Of a stretch of 64,000 nucleotides of DNA, positions 49,575 through 63,131 are shown piece after piece. Source of the stretch: Octopus sinensis (Eukaryota); contig NC_042997.1 of the NCBI RefSeq assembly GCF_006345805.1, positions 16,616,001 through 16,680,000 on the forward strand, written 5' to 3'. A model generated the notes under the pieces. The model saw nothing but the letters and a program-made list of their open reading frames with translations, searched no databases and had not been told where the DNA came from. The translations under genes were made by a program, and so were the position numbers. The first letter of the stretch is position 1. Every line of letters begins with the position of its first letter.

Positions 49575-50666
49575 CTATTGAAAAAATAATAATTGAAGGG
49601 AAACTATATGTAGATCTTAAGCAGTAAAGGAAGAGAGGGAGGTTCTGGTTGGGATGTTTTTGATCATATTGTTGAATAACAATGAAGAAGTAAGACAGAG
49701 TAGTGAGGGATGAGGCTTAACAGTATAGGAGTCTCCAAGAATACAAACACTGATAAAAACTAAATGGAATATTTTGGTTAAGTGTTAAGTAGGGAATCTC
49801 ATTGAGATTCAGTTATTGTAAAAGAAGGTGGAGGTGGTGTTAGTGCAACAAATGAAGTTTTATATGTTGTATGGTGACTAGTTTGGAGGTGCAGAGACAA
49901 TTGCATTTGCAGTGTGCTAGAGAGAGAGAGAGAGGACACACTCCAACTATGCGTTAAAAGCTTGCCCAGTGGTTAGACAAACTTTTATGCAGATGTGTAT
50001 ATTCATGATAGTTGCTCTGATCTCGCAGCGTGAACAATAATCAAATGTAGGTGTTAATCTTTGTAAATGTTTAGTAGGTGTTCAAGCTGAAATAACTTTT
50101 TATTTATTCATTTTTGTTTTGGCTATAGGAAGGTTGTCTGTAAAAGACCTTTTTACATCTCCAGAAATAACTGATATTTTCCCTTTTTTAATATTTGTAT
50201 CTGTCTTTGGCAGCAAGCTGACGGAATCCTCTGTACACCGGGCAAAATGCTTAGTGATATTTTGTCTGTCTTTACATTCCGACTTCAAATTCTGCTGAGG
50301 TTTGCCTTTCATGGTTGATAAAATAAGTACCAGTTAAGCACTGGGCTTAATGTAATCAATTTACCCCTATCTCCTGGAAATGTTGACCTTGTGCTGAAAT
50401 TTGAAATCAATATTTGCATCTGTCTAAGGCAGTAAGCTTGCAGAATCATTAGCACATCAGGCAAAATGCTTAACAGCATTTCATCTGTCTTTACATTCTA
50501 AGTTTAAATTCTGCTGAGGTTGACTTTGCCTTTCATCCTTTTGTGGTCAATTTAAATAAGTACCAGTTGAGTACTGAGATCTATTTAATTGGCTTATCCC
50601 TCTCTCACTATCCTCTGAAATTGCTAGCATTGTGCCAATATTTGTATCTGTCTGTTATATTATCAG

Positions 50667-50835
50667 AGAACATGAACTGTCATTGAGGAAACAACTTTAT
50701 GATGCCGGTCTGAAGAATTCTGCACGAATGAATGCCCATGAACCTTTAGTGTCCTCTTTCAAACGTAAGCGTGCCAATGACGGAAGCAGTGAAAATAGAT
50801 GTGAAGTCTACAAAAGAATTTGCTACTTTTCCATG
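50667..50835 (+). CDS. JARID2: JARID2 exon R (phase 2 to 0), first half of zinc finger
   Basis: atcag|A GAA CAT; EHELSLRKQLYDAGLKNSAR...RCEVYKRICYFSM; donor ATG|gtaaaa. Confidence 0.93.
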
Positions 50836-51805
50836 GTAAAATAATTTGTCTGTTATTTTGTGACAACTATTTAGTTTTCTCAAACTTTTTCTCATTTAAT
50901 TAATTAATGAGGCATGCTGGTGGTAGTCATAAGCTTTTCAGGTTCTAAAGTACTTTGGGACTCCTGGAGCTAATGTGACTACACCCTTTTGAAATTTCTT
51001 AGGAAAACACTTTATTCCTTAGTGTTTAGCAATTTTGGACATATTTCATTATTATTAAACTGTGTCAGCTAAACAGTCTTTAACATTTAAATTTCTCTGT
51101 CAAATATAATGCTTATTTATTCATATTATTTTGAATTAATCATGCATTGTCTTGTAGCTTTGAGATTTTGATGAGGTGACTGTTTATTTTCAGAACGACT
51201 TTGTTGGGTTGGTGTGAGAGACCAAATTTGGCCTTAATGTTTAAACATAAAACATGTTGAATATTTTGGTTACACATGGCCATTTTAAATGCTGAAGGGT
51301 TAAAAGCACCTGCCAGATTGTAGGTGACTGAGAAATATAAAGATTTTGAGTGATAAAGATGTTGTTGAAGGAGTACACAGGGATGCCTTCTGCATGGAAA
51401 ACATAATTAAGTGTAGGCTTAACATACTTAATGTAATGAGCTACAAGATATTTTATTAAAATTATCATCTGTTGTAAGAAGAAGAAAAAAAAAATCATTT
51501 GCTTCCCTGATTAATTCTTATCAAGAAATGCAAGGGAAGAAAACTAAAAATGAAATACATAAAAATTGAATGAGGAGTGACTCTGATCTTTGGTGAGAAC
51601 TTCAGGTGTATCTCAGGTTTAATTGGCTTCCTCAGCAAAGCAAAATGTTACCATTTTCTGTAACCATACTTGTCCACTCTAAATTTTTACTCATGTGTAA
51701 CCTCACTAATATATCAACTCTTTGAATTTACTTGTTGTTTTTACATTTTTTTAAACTTTTAATAATACTTTCATCTAATTAATATCTCTGTTTTTAAATA
51801 ATTAG

Positions 51806-51913
51806 GTTGTGAATGAAGTAGATGAAAGTTTGTATTGTTTGGATCATGCACTTGCTCACATCCAAAAGAAGAGAAACCTGAAAGCCTGTAAGCTTTATTA
51901 CAGATTTTCTGAT
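51806..51913 (+). CDS. JARID2: JARID2 exon S (phase 0 to 0), second half of zinc finger
   Basis: VVNEVDESLYCLDHALAHIQKKRNLKACKLYYRFSD; attag| and |gtaag. Confidence 0.94.
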
Positions 51914-53334
51914 GTAAGTTTTTGATCTCTTACTTATTTCCTTTTCTAGTGTTTACACTTAACTATTCCTCTTCTCTTTATTTATTTCTTGTGTGAGGGA
52001 GTATTATGGGAATTTACTTTCAGTATGGTGAGATTGGTGGTGGAGGAAAAGGAATGTAGCAAAAGTGTTGATTTTAGATTTAAAGCTGTTATGTTCTTAA
52101 CTGTTTCACTGGGATCAGGGGAGTCATGAGAAACCCTATTCAATTCTACTTGAGATGATCAAGGGCTTTGGAACAACATATTGGTCTGACTCTTCAGATA
52201 TGCAAATAGGTGTCTGAGTATCAACTTGAGCTGAGATTTCATATTATTTGAGTTGAAGTCTAGCCACTGATGTTATTTATTAACATCTCAAACATGGAAT
52301 ATCTATTTTTTATTCAACTTATTTCACATATACTTTGAATGACATGCCATAAGGAAATATGAAGACCACGATCCAAGCCATACTGCGAAGTCTCAGGCTG
52401 TTCAAACCTATTTGTTGTCGTTAAAGCATGGAATCCCTATTTTAAAAATAACAAATAGATTTGGCTACTAATATGGAAAGTTAAGGTGGTGGTGAATTGG
52501 TAGAATCATCAGCATGCTGTACAAAATTCTTAACATTTCTTCTGGTTTTACCTCTTTAGTTCAAATGCTTCGCCTTTCATCCTTTTGGGGTTTATGAAAT
52601 AAGTGCCAGTTGAGCTCTGGGGTCAATGTAATTGACTTGCCTCTCTTCCCAAAATTTCAGGTGCCATGCGCCTGGGGGTTTAAGACTGTTGTCTCGGACT
52701 AACTGTATGTAACGAGTTTAACTCTGATAAGTTGGGAGATCTGAGACTTTATAGCGGGTTTGAATTTTTTATTATCACATTAAAGCATTGAGTTCAAAGC
52801 TTGATGCATGAAATAAGTTGAATATGCTGGGAGGGTTAACTGGATAATTAGGTTCATGTAGAGGAAGTTAGTTGGGCAATGGGTTTATGTAGAGAGAAGA
52901 TTAGCTGATATATAGATCACTAAAAGTGTAAAAATGTTTATACTCTGTAGCTAAGATAGTATGTGTAATGAAAGCATCATTAGAAATTGTGAATGTCAAA
53001 ATCTCTCAGATGTTTGCTAAAATTCTCTATTATATGTGCATTTACAGATTTTAAAATGTCTTTTGTGTATTTGTTTGTGTCTGTGTGTATCATCATAATC
53101 ATTGTTTAATGTCTGCCTTCCATGCTTGCAATGTTTCTACAGCTGGATGACCTTCCGTGAGTGTAGTTCCACTCCGTGAATATATATATATATATGAAGG
53201 CAATACATATATTTGTATGTGTGTGTATACAAACATATTTGAGTTAAATGGCAGAATTGGTGGCAAAAAAGACAAAATATTTTATAATATTTACTTTACA
53301 CTCTTTATGTTCTTTGTTCAAATCTCTCTACATC

Positions 53335-53723
53335 GACGTGAAGACCTGTTGAGGCAAGTGAAAATCAAAATCGATCAACATCAATGGAAATTGTAGCTGT
53401 GATACCAGTGCCGGTGGCACGTAAGAGAACCATCCGAACGTGGCCATTGGCAGCGCCGCCCAGACTGGCCTCAGTGCCGGTGGCACGTAAAAAGCACCAT
53501 CCGATCGTGGCCGTTGCCAGCCTCGTCTGGCCTCCGTGCCGGTGGCATGTAAAAAGCACCCACTACACTCACGGAGTGGTTGGTGTTAGGAAGGGCATCC
53601 AGCTGTAGAAACACTGCCAGATCAGACTGGGTCTGGTGCAGCCTTCTGGCTTCCCAGACCCCAGTTTAACCGTCCAACCCATGCTAGCATGGAGAGCGGA
53701 CATTAAACGATGATGATGATGAT
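53335..53723 (+). mobile_element. RTE 3' UTR fragment with a single unexpanded module
   Basis: gtgaagacctgttgaggcaagtgaaaatc...ggacattaaacgatgatgatgatg. Confidence 0.88.
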
Positions 53724-53886
53724 GTCTTGTTAAAGCAACAGTCAGACACAAAGATTAATATATTTTAACAAACATGCATGCATGCACAATAAAACTATGG
53801 GTTTGTACTTATGTTAAAAACCATTATATACATATATGTATTTCTATATGTACACATATATTTATTTTTTAATTTTATATTTCAAG

Positions 53887-54009
53887 GAAAATCTGGAGGA
53901 ACTTCTGAAAATAGCTTCCAACCGGTTATGCATGAAGGAAACTAACAATGCTATTACTGATCCTAGTCCGAAACGAAAATCAGTGAAACGCCCAGAATCA
54001 AAAAGCTGA
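53887..54009 (+). CDS. JARID2: JARID2 terminal coding exon
   Basis: ttcaag|GAA AAT CTG; ENLEELLKIASNRLCMK...PKRKSVKRPESKS*; phase 0 matches the previous exon. Confidence 0.82.
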   Translation, partial: ENLEELLKIASNRLCMKETNNAITDPSPKRKSVKRPESKS

Positions 54010-55749
54010 ATACTGACCAGCCAGATCTGTTGAACTTTAGACAGGAAGTCTGATTAATGGCGAATAGTTATTATTGTATGTTCATTATCTACTTGGCTTG
54101 TGAATCATACAAGAAGATCTCTTTTGTTCAGTCAAGCTTTGATTTTCAGAACTCTGCTGTGATATAATTTGAATTACTGATGTTTATGGATGGGAGAAAC
54201 AAACCAACCAGACTTATACATTAATTCACTCAACATTCACACCACTGTTCTCTCCTTCTCCCTCTTTACATGTGCATATATTCTGAGATAGCTCGTAACA
54301 GAAAGATACATTCAACATGGAAATAAATTCATCTTGTGTATTTCCTACAAAAAGCTAGGCGAAGAAAGACTTAAAAAAGAAAGAAGTTAAATTTTTCAGT
54401 TGAAAGTACTGTCAATCATAATTGTGTTTATTTACAAATTTTAAAATATGATAATGTCAACATTTAAAAAAAATTTTTTTTTTAATATTGAGTTTTATTT
54501 ATTTGTTTCACAGGAAACATATGTCAGCAGCTACTGTCACGGGTCGTTGAGCAGTTTATATTTTTATCAAAGTGAAGAAAATATTTATTCTTCTGATTTG
54601 ATATGCATCCATTTAATTTGATAGTTTTTTTTCAGTTTTCACTAATTAGATTGAAAATTTTTTTTTGTTCATATTTATGTCACAACAAGCTGTTAGACTT
54701 AATGAATTCTTCATCCTTACATTATTCCATCACTGTACCTAGTATTTTTTTTAATTGATTTCAAAGCATATTTATTGAACTTCATATGTAGACATTTGAC
54801 AGAAATGGTTTACATCAAAATAAAAAAAAAAGGAAAAGAAAAATGAAGAAAATTTATGGTGTATCCTTTGTAATCACTTGCTATTTTTGTTGTAGTTCTC
54901 TTGAACTAAAACTGTGCCTTGCAGTAAACATCATTCCTCTGCATTTATATCACACCATTAATGCTCAGTTGGGAAGTTTTTGAAGGAAATGATTGTACTA
55001 TATTTATATATTTCCCAGTAAGTTTAGTGTAATGTTCAAAGTATACTTTCCTCTTCTCTTTATTACTCAATAGGTTTATAATCAACAGTAGTTAAGCCTA
55101 GGTTACTGATTCTATAGGGTATTGAGTTAACATCTTGACACCACTAAGCGAAGTATATTTCCTTATTTGTCTCGAAAATACTTAACATTCCCATTTTACT
55201 ATTTAGTAGCTGAATTTGCATAATCTATAATAGCAGAGATAAATGGTTGCTTTTCTGTTTGTCAGGTTTACTTTTTTAATCCTTCACTGTTCCTAGAAGA
55301 TGTAAAAGGGAGTGGGGCTAGAGTTTATCCTAATCTTTAAGAAGCTTAAAGCACTTGGGAGACATCTTCTGAAAGGACTCTCTCTGTAACAGAATTCCAA
55401 TCTAATGGACCTAGGATTTCAAGCTAACAAAATGTCCACAGGTTATTCAGTGCTTCTACTATGTATTGGAAGTGCAGTATACTGCCTTTCGATGACTGTT
55501 TACATTCAAGTGGACTGACTCTTGGTGATGACAAGACGCAGAATAAAACAATGCCAGTAATGAGATGTGAACCATTGACCCTTTATTTAAAGAGTCAACA
55601 TCTTAAGGAGGATTTTGGCCAGAAGCAACTGTTTGACAATTGAGCATAAACTAAAACATAATCATGCTAACAACAAGCATGCAAATAAGCAGGAATACAT
55701 TATAGTGAAAAATTGTTTTTAAGTATTATTTAAAAATTCAGAGCATAAT

Positions 55750-55972
55750 TTAACCCATTAGCATTTAAATTGATCATATTCGGCCCAAATATTCTAACAG
55801 TTTTCTGTTCAAATTGGCCACTTCTGACCTGTCACACCTACCCTACAATGTCATTCTAAAGATAAAGAATGACATCAAAATCACAAAACTATGAGATAAT
55901 GCGTGATTAATTGAAAACAATGTGAATAAATAAGCATCATATTTGACAGTAATCTGAATGCTAAAGGGTTAA
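55750..55972. mobile_element. piggyBac-type MITE, same family as 1883-2110 (partial copies near 20750-20930 and 51080-51302)
   Basis: TTAACCCATTAGCATT...AATGCTAAAGGGTTAA with shared internal sequence. Confidence 0.8.
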
Positions 55973-58900
55973 GAAAGGAATTTTTTGAGAGAGAGAGAGA
56001 GAGAGAGAGAGAAAGAATGAAATTAAATTTTTGAGTAAAATAATATTGGTTCCTTAAGTTTACATTCATGGAATTGTTCTTTTTCTTTTTCCAAATTTAA
56101 AATATTTGAATATAATCTTTTAAACAAAATATTAAATAAAGTGTTACATTTAAGTAGTGAGATGCTTTTACTCTCACTGTTCATTAATTTAGTTGCTATC
56201 AAGGCCAGCTCATTGTACAACAGACTCTGGCAATTATTTCAGAGCACAAAATACTAACAAGTAGCATCCTTTTATCTGATTAACCCTTTTGATATCAAAT
56301 TCATTGAGACCACCTCTGATTCAATGGTATAAAATTTCTTGTTTTAAATTGTTCATATTTAAAGTAAAACCTTCCATCATTATCTTAAATCAGCAATTTC
56401 TGTTATGTCATGTTCGAAATACCAGCTTAATAATAATGATAATATCAAAATTAATTGATACATGTGGACTACGTATTTTATGAGAAATATGTCCTGGAAA
56501 TGTTAAACCGTCAAAATACAAAAAACAATATAAAAAAGGAATTTTTAATCATGTTCAAAAGTTCTAAAAAAACATATTGTAAAACTTTTCAACATTCTTT
56601 CTGTCTCTGTCTCTCACTCCCTCAGTAAACATTGTGTCAGAGTGACAGTTCTAATACACCAAACTTTGCGATATAGGGGCACCAGAGCTTAGCTTGAATG
56701 GGGCATCAGGAATTTTAGAGCCAGCCTTGGTGTCTATAATCACAGATATAGTTATATCAGGATTATAAAACAACAGTTTTTATTATTTATTTAATTTTGT
56801 TTGTTGGTTTCTTTTCAACTTTTTTGTCTTTTGTATTTTTTTAACAATCATTTTTATTTCACTGTTAATTTGGATCAGCACTCACTATTTATAATATCAA
56901 TCATTTTTTTAAAAATTCTTACTGATGGTCTTTCTTCATTTGCCACCATTAGAGATTTGATTTATTAAAGAACCTTAATTTATTTTTTTTTGTAACATAT
57001 ATAAATGAAGTGATCTCCTTTTCAATATTTTTTTGTTATTGAATTTTGAAACACTTTTTTTATTTTGAAAGTGGAAATCTTTTGGCTTTAATTCATCTTT
57101 TTTTTTTTTTTTTAACATAATAATTATGATCTTCACTAAAATGCTGAGTATAAAATGATAAATTTCATTTGAAGAAGATATCTGGAGAACATTTAGCTTT
57201 TCAGCTGAATTAAAAATTGTTTGTTTTTTTTAACCTGGTGGTTATGTTCTTTCATCTAATTGCATTTTTTGAATAACATTCAGATATCTAAAATAAAAAT
57301 CTGTTTTATTTATAGATTGTATGATCTGCAACAGCCAACTGAGTACAAACCATCAGCTATTTTAGATTAACACTCTATGAGCTTTTATCTCATCACAATC
57401 AACCTGATCCTTGAGAAAGGCATTTTACCTTACTTGTGCGCAACCAAGTTGTAAAGGTACTAAGTGATTATGGACAAGGTTGTTAAGTAAACAGCTCTAC
57501 CAGTTTGCAATAAATGCTTTATCTCAGGTCAGATTAGGTTTGTAATGCTGCTGTAAAATAAGCCCTAACAATGTCCCTTTGTTTCCCAATTTGAAACTCT
57601 CATTCTCCTGTCTGCTATGGTGTTGAATCTGCAGAATGGGGACTTTCAGTTTAGGAAAATGGAACTTTCTTTTATTTAAAATTTTTTTGTTTGTTTTGAT
57701 AACCAGTTCAAAGTTCTACTGGCTAGCCTATGATTTATTCTCCAGTGAGCTAAAAGGTTATTAATAATCTGCATATACTGCCATATCTTGGAAACTATTG
57801 GAAATGATGTCCACTTTAATATTCTTAAGGAAAAAGAAAAACAAAAAAAAAATGAAAATCCTTAATAGAAATCTTGAAATAAATTATATTTAAACAAAAA
57901 AAATATTGCTTGTAACAATTGTTCAAGAAACTTGGCAGGGGTAGTATCAGGGTTTAGATAACGGGCATTCCAATATTATCGAGGTAATCTTTTGGTTCCA
58001 TATTTTATATGCTTTCCTCTGAAATGTTTGTATGAATTCCTTAACAACAACAAATAACAATGTTGAAGAATTTCTATTGCGTATTGTATTTGCATTTACT
58101 GTTTTATTTTATAAATAACACCTGTATCACATAAAATTGTAACAACGAGAGGAAGTATTATATTTTCTATTTCTTGTTCAGTATTACTTCCATACAGATC
58201 TCCATTTCCTCATCTATACATATTTATAACATATATACTATACATATATATATACACACACACACACATATATGTATAATATTTATAATATATATTTAGA
58301 GTATATAAATATATATTTGTTTTCTATTGTATATATACATGATATGTGTGTGTGTGTATATCTATATATATGTATCTTGGTTCTAATTTTGACACAAGGC
58401 CATCAATTTCAAGAGGAAAAGATAAGCCAATACCATCGACCCCCAGTTCTCATTGGTTACTCTATATTAAAAACCTTGGAGGGTTGGAAGGCAAAGTTGA
58501 CTTTGGCAGGATTTGAACTCAGAATGTAAAGAGCCACAAGAGCATTTCTTCTGGCTCTTTACTGGTTCTGCCAGCTTGCCTTAAATATATATTTGACATT
58601 AACACTCACACACATTTATGGCTAATAAATGCACACACACACACACCCATTCTCTTACTGCTTTTAGTCATTGGACTATAGCCATGCTGAGGCAACACCT
58701 TCAAGGAGTTTTAATTGAGCATATCAGTCCCAATTTTTATTTCAGCCAGAATCTTATACTTATTTATTGATATGTATTTGTCAAGTGTCTAAGATGCCTT
58801 CTCTCTAGCAGTTTTAATTTTTAATTGGCTGTGTTACATTAAACATATGCACAAACTTGATGGGCATGGACTCATATATATGCACACAGGATTCTGCACA

Positions 58901-61452
58901 ATTTCACTCACAAAGTATTGGGGCAACTTTGAGCTATACATAGAGGCCTTTACCGAAGGTATCATGCAGTATTATCATACTCAGAATCTCTTAGTTGTGA
59001 AGTAAAATTCTTAATCATGAGCCATGCCTGTGCTACATGTATATAAACATGATATTGAATGTTAGACATTATACACATGTATATATGTGCATGTGTGCGA
59101 TATAATATACAAAACATATATCATCATCGTTGTTTTAACATCAACTTTTCCAAGCTTATATGGGATTTGTTGAGGCAGATTTACTGTTGCCAGCCCTCAC
59201 TTGATTGCAGGCAAGTTAATATTTCCTCAAGGAAATATTTCATGTTTCATGAAATATTAGAAACAAATGACACTGCTTATAAGATGGTGACACTTGTTTC
59301 AACACAACATATACATATATATGAGAGAGAGTATGCGTTAATTGCTAAATGAGTAGCTGTTTTTCACATCATAATTCAGATAAGGCTTACATCATTTGAA
59401 TTGTATTGTTTCTTGTGGAGACTCATAATTAAAAAAAAAAGGGGGGGAAAATACCTGGTTGGCACTCGTGGTCAAAAGCACATTTTTAAAAGGTGTTATA
59501 ATAACTTTTAAGTTTAATTTTGCAATTTGGTTAAACTTCACTCTCCTTCTGCATTTCATATTGATGTGTCTATGTGCACACTCACACTTGTATATGCATG
59601 CATGTGTTTGTGTGTATATATTTATATATATATATATATGTATAAAAACACACACACATGCAAATTTGGATTTTATTTATTGCCATGTGTTTTGCTTTCT
59701 TTTGTTCTGTTGGTTTGTTTTGTGTTCCAGGACAGAAACCTCCACATACCCACAAAAAGAGAAAAATGCTGGAGGCTGATTTTTATTTATATATTTATTT
59801 GCTCTTGATATTTATCAATTCCATATTTTCATGGATTTCTTCATGTTTTTTTTTTTAACTAATAATAATAACATTAATAATGTTGATGATGAGGAAAATA
59901 TGAATTTGAGAAAAGAAAAGAAAAACAAACAAAAAATGAGTAAAAAAATGAGAAAGTTAATTATTAAGTCAGTGCATTTTGTAAGGCAATGGAAACTGAA
60001 CTATGTATTTGATAGACATTAAAGCTTGGTTTAGAGATGAACCTTGTTTTGGCAAAGAATTTGATAAATAAACTGAAAAGTTGCAGCTATTGACCAAAGC
60101 TTAAAGTTTCTTCATATCTTATATTGAAAAAAAGTATTGAAAAGACTGCTGATGGAGAATTTATTTCTTGAACTGATGAGAAGCTTACTTGATGGTTGTG
60201 ACCAGTAAATTTTATCATACGTACATACATACATACATACATATATATATACACACACACATACACACAGTCAGACACTCAATGTACTATGTCCTGCTTG
60301 GCAATAAAAAAAAAAAATGACAATTATTCAACTAGAATTGATGGAAAAGTTCACTGATTTTGTTGTTGATTTAAATTATCAATTTATTGTATTTTTTTCC
60401 TCTTCTTTCTTTCTGTTTTCTTAGAGCAAAAGATATTTTTCAGGGAAAATACCAGTATCAGAATTATAGTTATTTGTGTTCTTAATTGGGACCTCAAGTT
60501 AGAAAGTTGAAAAATAAGTCTATATGTTAGTTATGGATTGAGAGAGAAAGAGACTTAAGGTTATGTTGAAATTTCGATCCTTTTGATACCATCTTGACTG
60601 ACACTGTCCCTGGCTTTATGATACAAACTTCATGTTTAAAGTGATCTAAATAAGAACCTTCCATCAAAATTCTATGTTAATCTATGTTTTAAAAATCCAG
60701 CTTAATAATGACAAAGTTATATAATCCCCAAATTTTCAATATTTTCAAAATTAATTGAAACAAAAGCAGTGTATTTTAACAAAAATCTGGTAACAAACAA
60801 GTTAAATATAAAGCTTATAAATGAAATGGTGCCCCATTAAATTGCAAGCAAATATTTTTAAACAAGTGTTATATCACAATTGTTGCATAATAGCATCAAT
60901 AATTACAGATTTCCAGTGTATCAGTTATTGGTTTACTTTATTCTTCTGGTTGCAAGGCTAACAAAAGAGAGTGGAATAAATAGGGGGTTGAAATCTATTG
61001 CTGATATGCATCAATAAAAGATATGTGTGCATATGTATGTATATATGTATCTATATATATATTCTTTTACTTGTTTCAGTCATTTGTCTGTGGCCATGCT
61101 GGAGCACCACCTTTAGTCGAGCAAATCGACCCCAGGACTTATTCTTTGTAAGCCTAGTACTTATTCTATTGGTCTCTTTTGCCGAACCGCTAAGTTATGG
61201 TGACGTAAGCACACCACCATTGATTGTCAAGTGATGTTGGGGACACACGCACAAACATATATACGACGGACTTCTTTCAGTTTCCGTCTACCAAATCCAC
61301 TCACAAGACGTTGGTCAGCCTGAGGTTATAGTAAAAGACACTTGCCCAAGGTGCCACACAGCAGGACTGAACTTGGAACCATGTGGTTGGTAAGCAAGCT
61401 ACTTACCACACAGTCACTCCTGCACCTGTATGTATGTATGTGTGTGTGTATG

Positions 61453-61516
<64 letters not shown>

Positions 61517-63131
61517 TTAACTTTAAATGATATCTGTGTGTTGTGGTAGTTGGTTGTAGTCATTGCTGGTGTCATGTAACTGGCACTTGTGCCGGTGGCA
61601 CATAAAAGCATCCATTACACTCCTGGAGTGGTTGGCATTAGGAAGGGCATCCAGCTGTAGAAACTATTCCAAATCAGACTGGACCCTGGTGCAGCTTTCT
61701 GGCTCATCATCTCCAGTTAAACTGTCTAACCCATGCCAGCATGGACAGCAGACATTAAATGATGATTACACACACACACACACACACACACTGAGCCTGT
61801 GAAATACTCTGCCATTTGTCCAAGGTGCTACACAATGGGATTGAACCCAAAACCATGTGATTGCAATGCAAACTTAACTACACAGCTCTGACCTAGCTTT
61901 TTCCTCATCTGTTCAGTAATTGAAACCACTGAAAAATGGACAAAACAGTGGTACCAGAGTTTGAAGACTACAAGCATGGCTAAACATTTGAGAAGTTTGC
62001 TTTAAGATCATGAGTTTCTGGGTTCATTTTTATTGCAATGGCATCTTAGACAAGTGTCTTTCACTATAGCCTCAGGTCAACCCAAGCCATGCAAGTGACT
62101 TTGGGTAGGTAGAAACTATGAAACGATGCCATTAAATAGGCTGTACCTGTCGTTCAAAAGATCATACTGTTACACCGAGTTTGTCCGAGAATTAAGGTAA
62201 GGGCATGCTTGTTTACAGAATATCTCAACATTTGCACATTAATTCAGTGAGGAGGCCATTCTCTTGATCAAACAATCATGATTAAAACCAAAGGAGATTC
62301 ATTAAAATTTTTACTAACTGGTCTAGTTGTCACTTAACGCCTCACCTTGCCCCATATCTTTTCTGATGAAGCAGATCTTAGATCAAAAACATTCCACTTG
62401 TGATTATCCTGCCTTTGTATCCAGAATTACATTAACTAAAGGATCCTTTAAAATTTCTTTCTATCTTTAGTTATAGAGAATGTAGTTAGTCATTCTTACT
62501 GATTTGATCATAGAGAAATTAAGTTATTTTGGTGTGATTTCATCATTTTACATCTATTTTCCATACTGGTATTGGTTGGATAGAGTGTGAAAGATGAAGT
62601 CAGTTTTGTTTCTTAGGTATGGTCAGAGTACCCTACCTCATCTGTTTTCCATGGTTAGATGCCCCTTCTAACATCAACCACTTTACAGGGTGTAATGTAT
62701 TTAGAAGGTAAGAGGACAGAACTAAATTCAATGAGACATTGAATCCAATGTTAATTTGTGCTAGTATGTGGTCCCATGATTAGGACATTGGACTCACAGC
62801 TGTAAAATCATGAGTTCAGTATCCAGAGTGGAAATTATGAGTTCAATTTCCTTGAGCAAGGCATTTCATGCCATGTTGTTCCAGTCTATTTAACTGACAA
62901 TGAGTAACAGGAGAAACTGGGGGTTAACCATATGTTGTACTGACATTCCATCCAAGGGATGTTTTCATCAGCAGGGGTATAGTCTGCCCATTGACTTTGA
63001 CTTGATGAATATCCAATTCTCATCTATGAACTATGTATGTATGTATGTGTGTGTATATATAGTCATTTCTACCAAAAATATTACTAATCCCACCGAATGC
63101 AATTTTTCAAAGTAAGACATTTAAAAAATAT

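Larger units (their letters stand above)
19216..54009 (+). other. JARID2: JARID2/Jumonji orthologue, coding span (20 exons found; first coding exon not located)
   Basis: Exons chain with GT-AG junctions and consistent phases into one 4056-nt open frame. Order of elements: N-terminal UIM-like helix, QRKFAQ and [14 protein letters not shown]2-binding motifs, JmjN, ARID, degenerate JmjC, C-terminal zinc finger. This is the JARID2 architecture. Confidence 0.95.

Noticed and set aside
59392-60022. Cluster of 60-106 aa ORFs
   Set aside because: They arise from (TA)n/(TG)n and A-rich low-complexity sequence; there is no coherent exon chain or domain.
62941-62976. CUGAUGA followed by a hairpin on the minus strand
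   Set aside because: Spacing is wrong, there is no GAAA/stem III/UH arrangement, and it lies in a decayed SINE-like tail.
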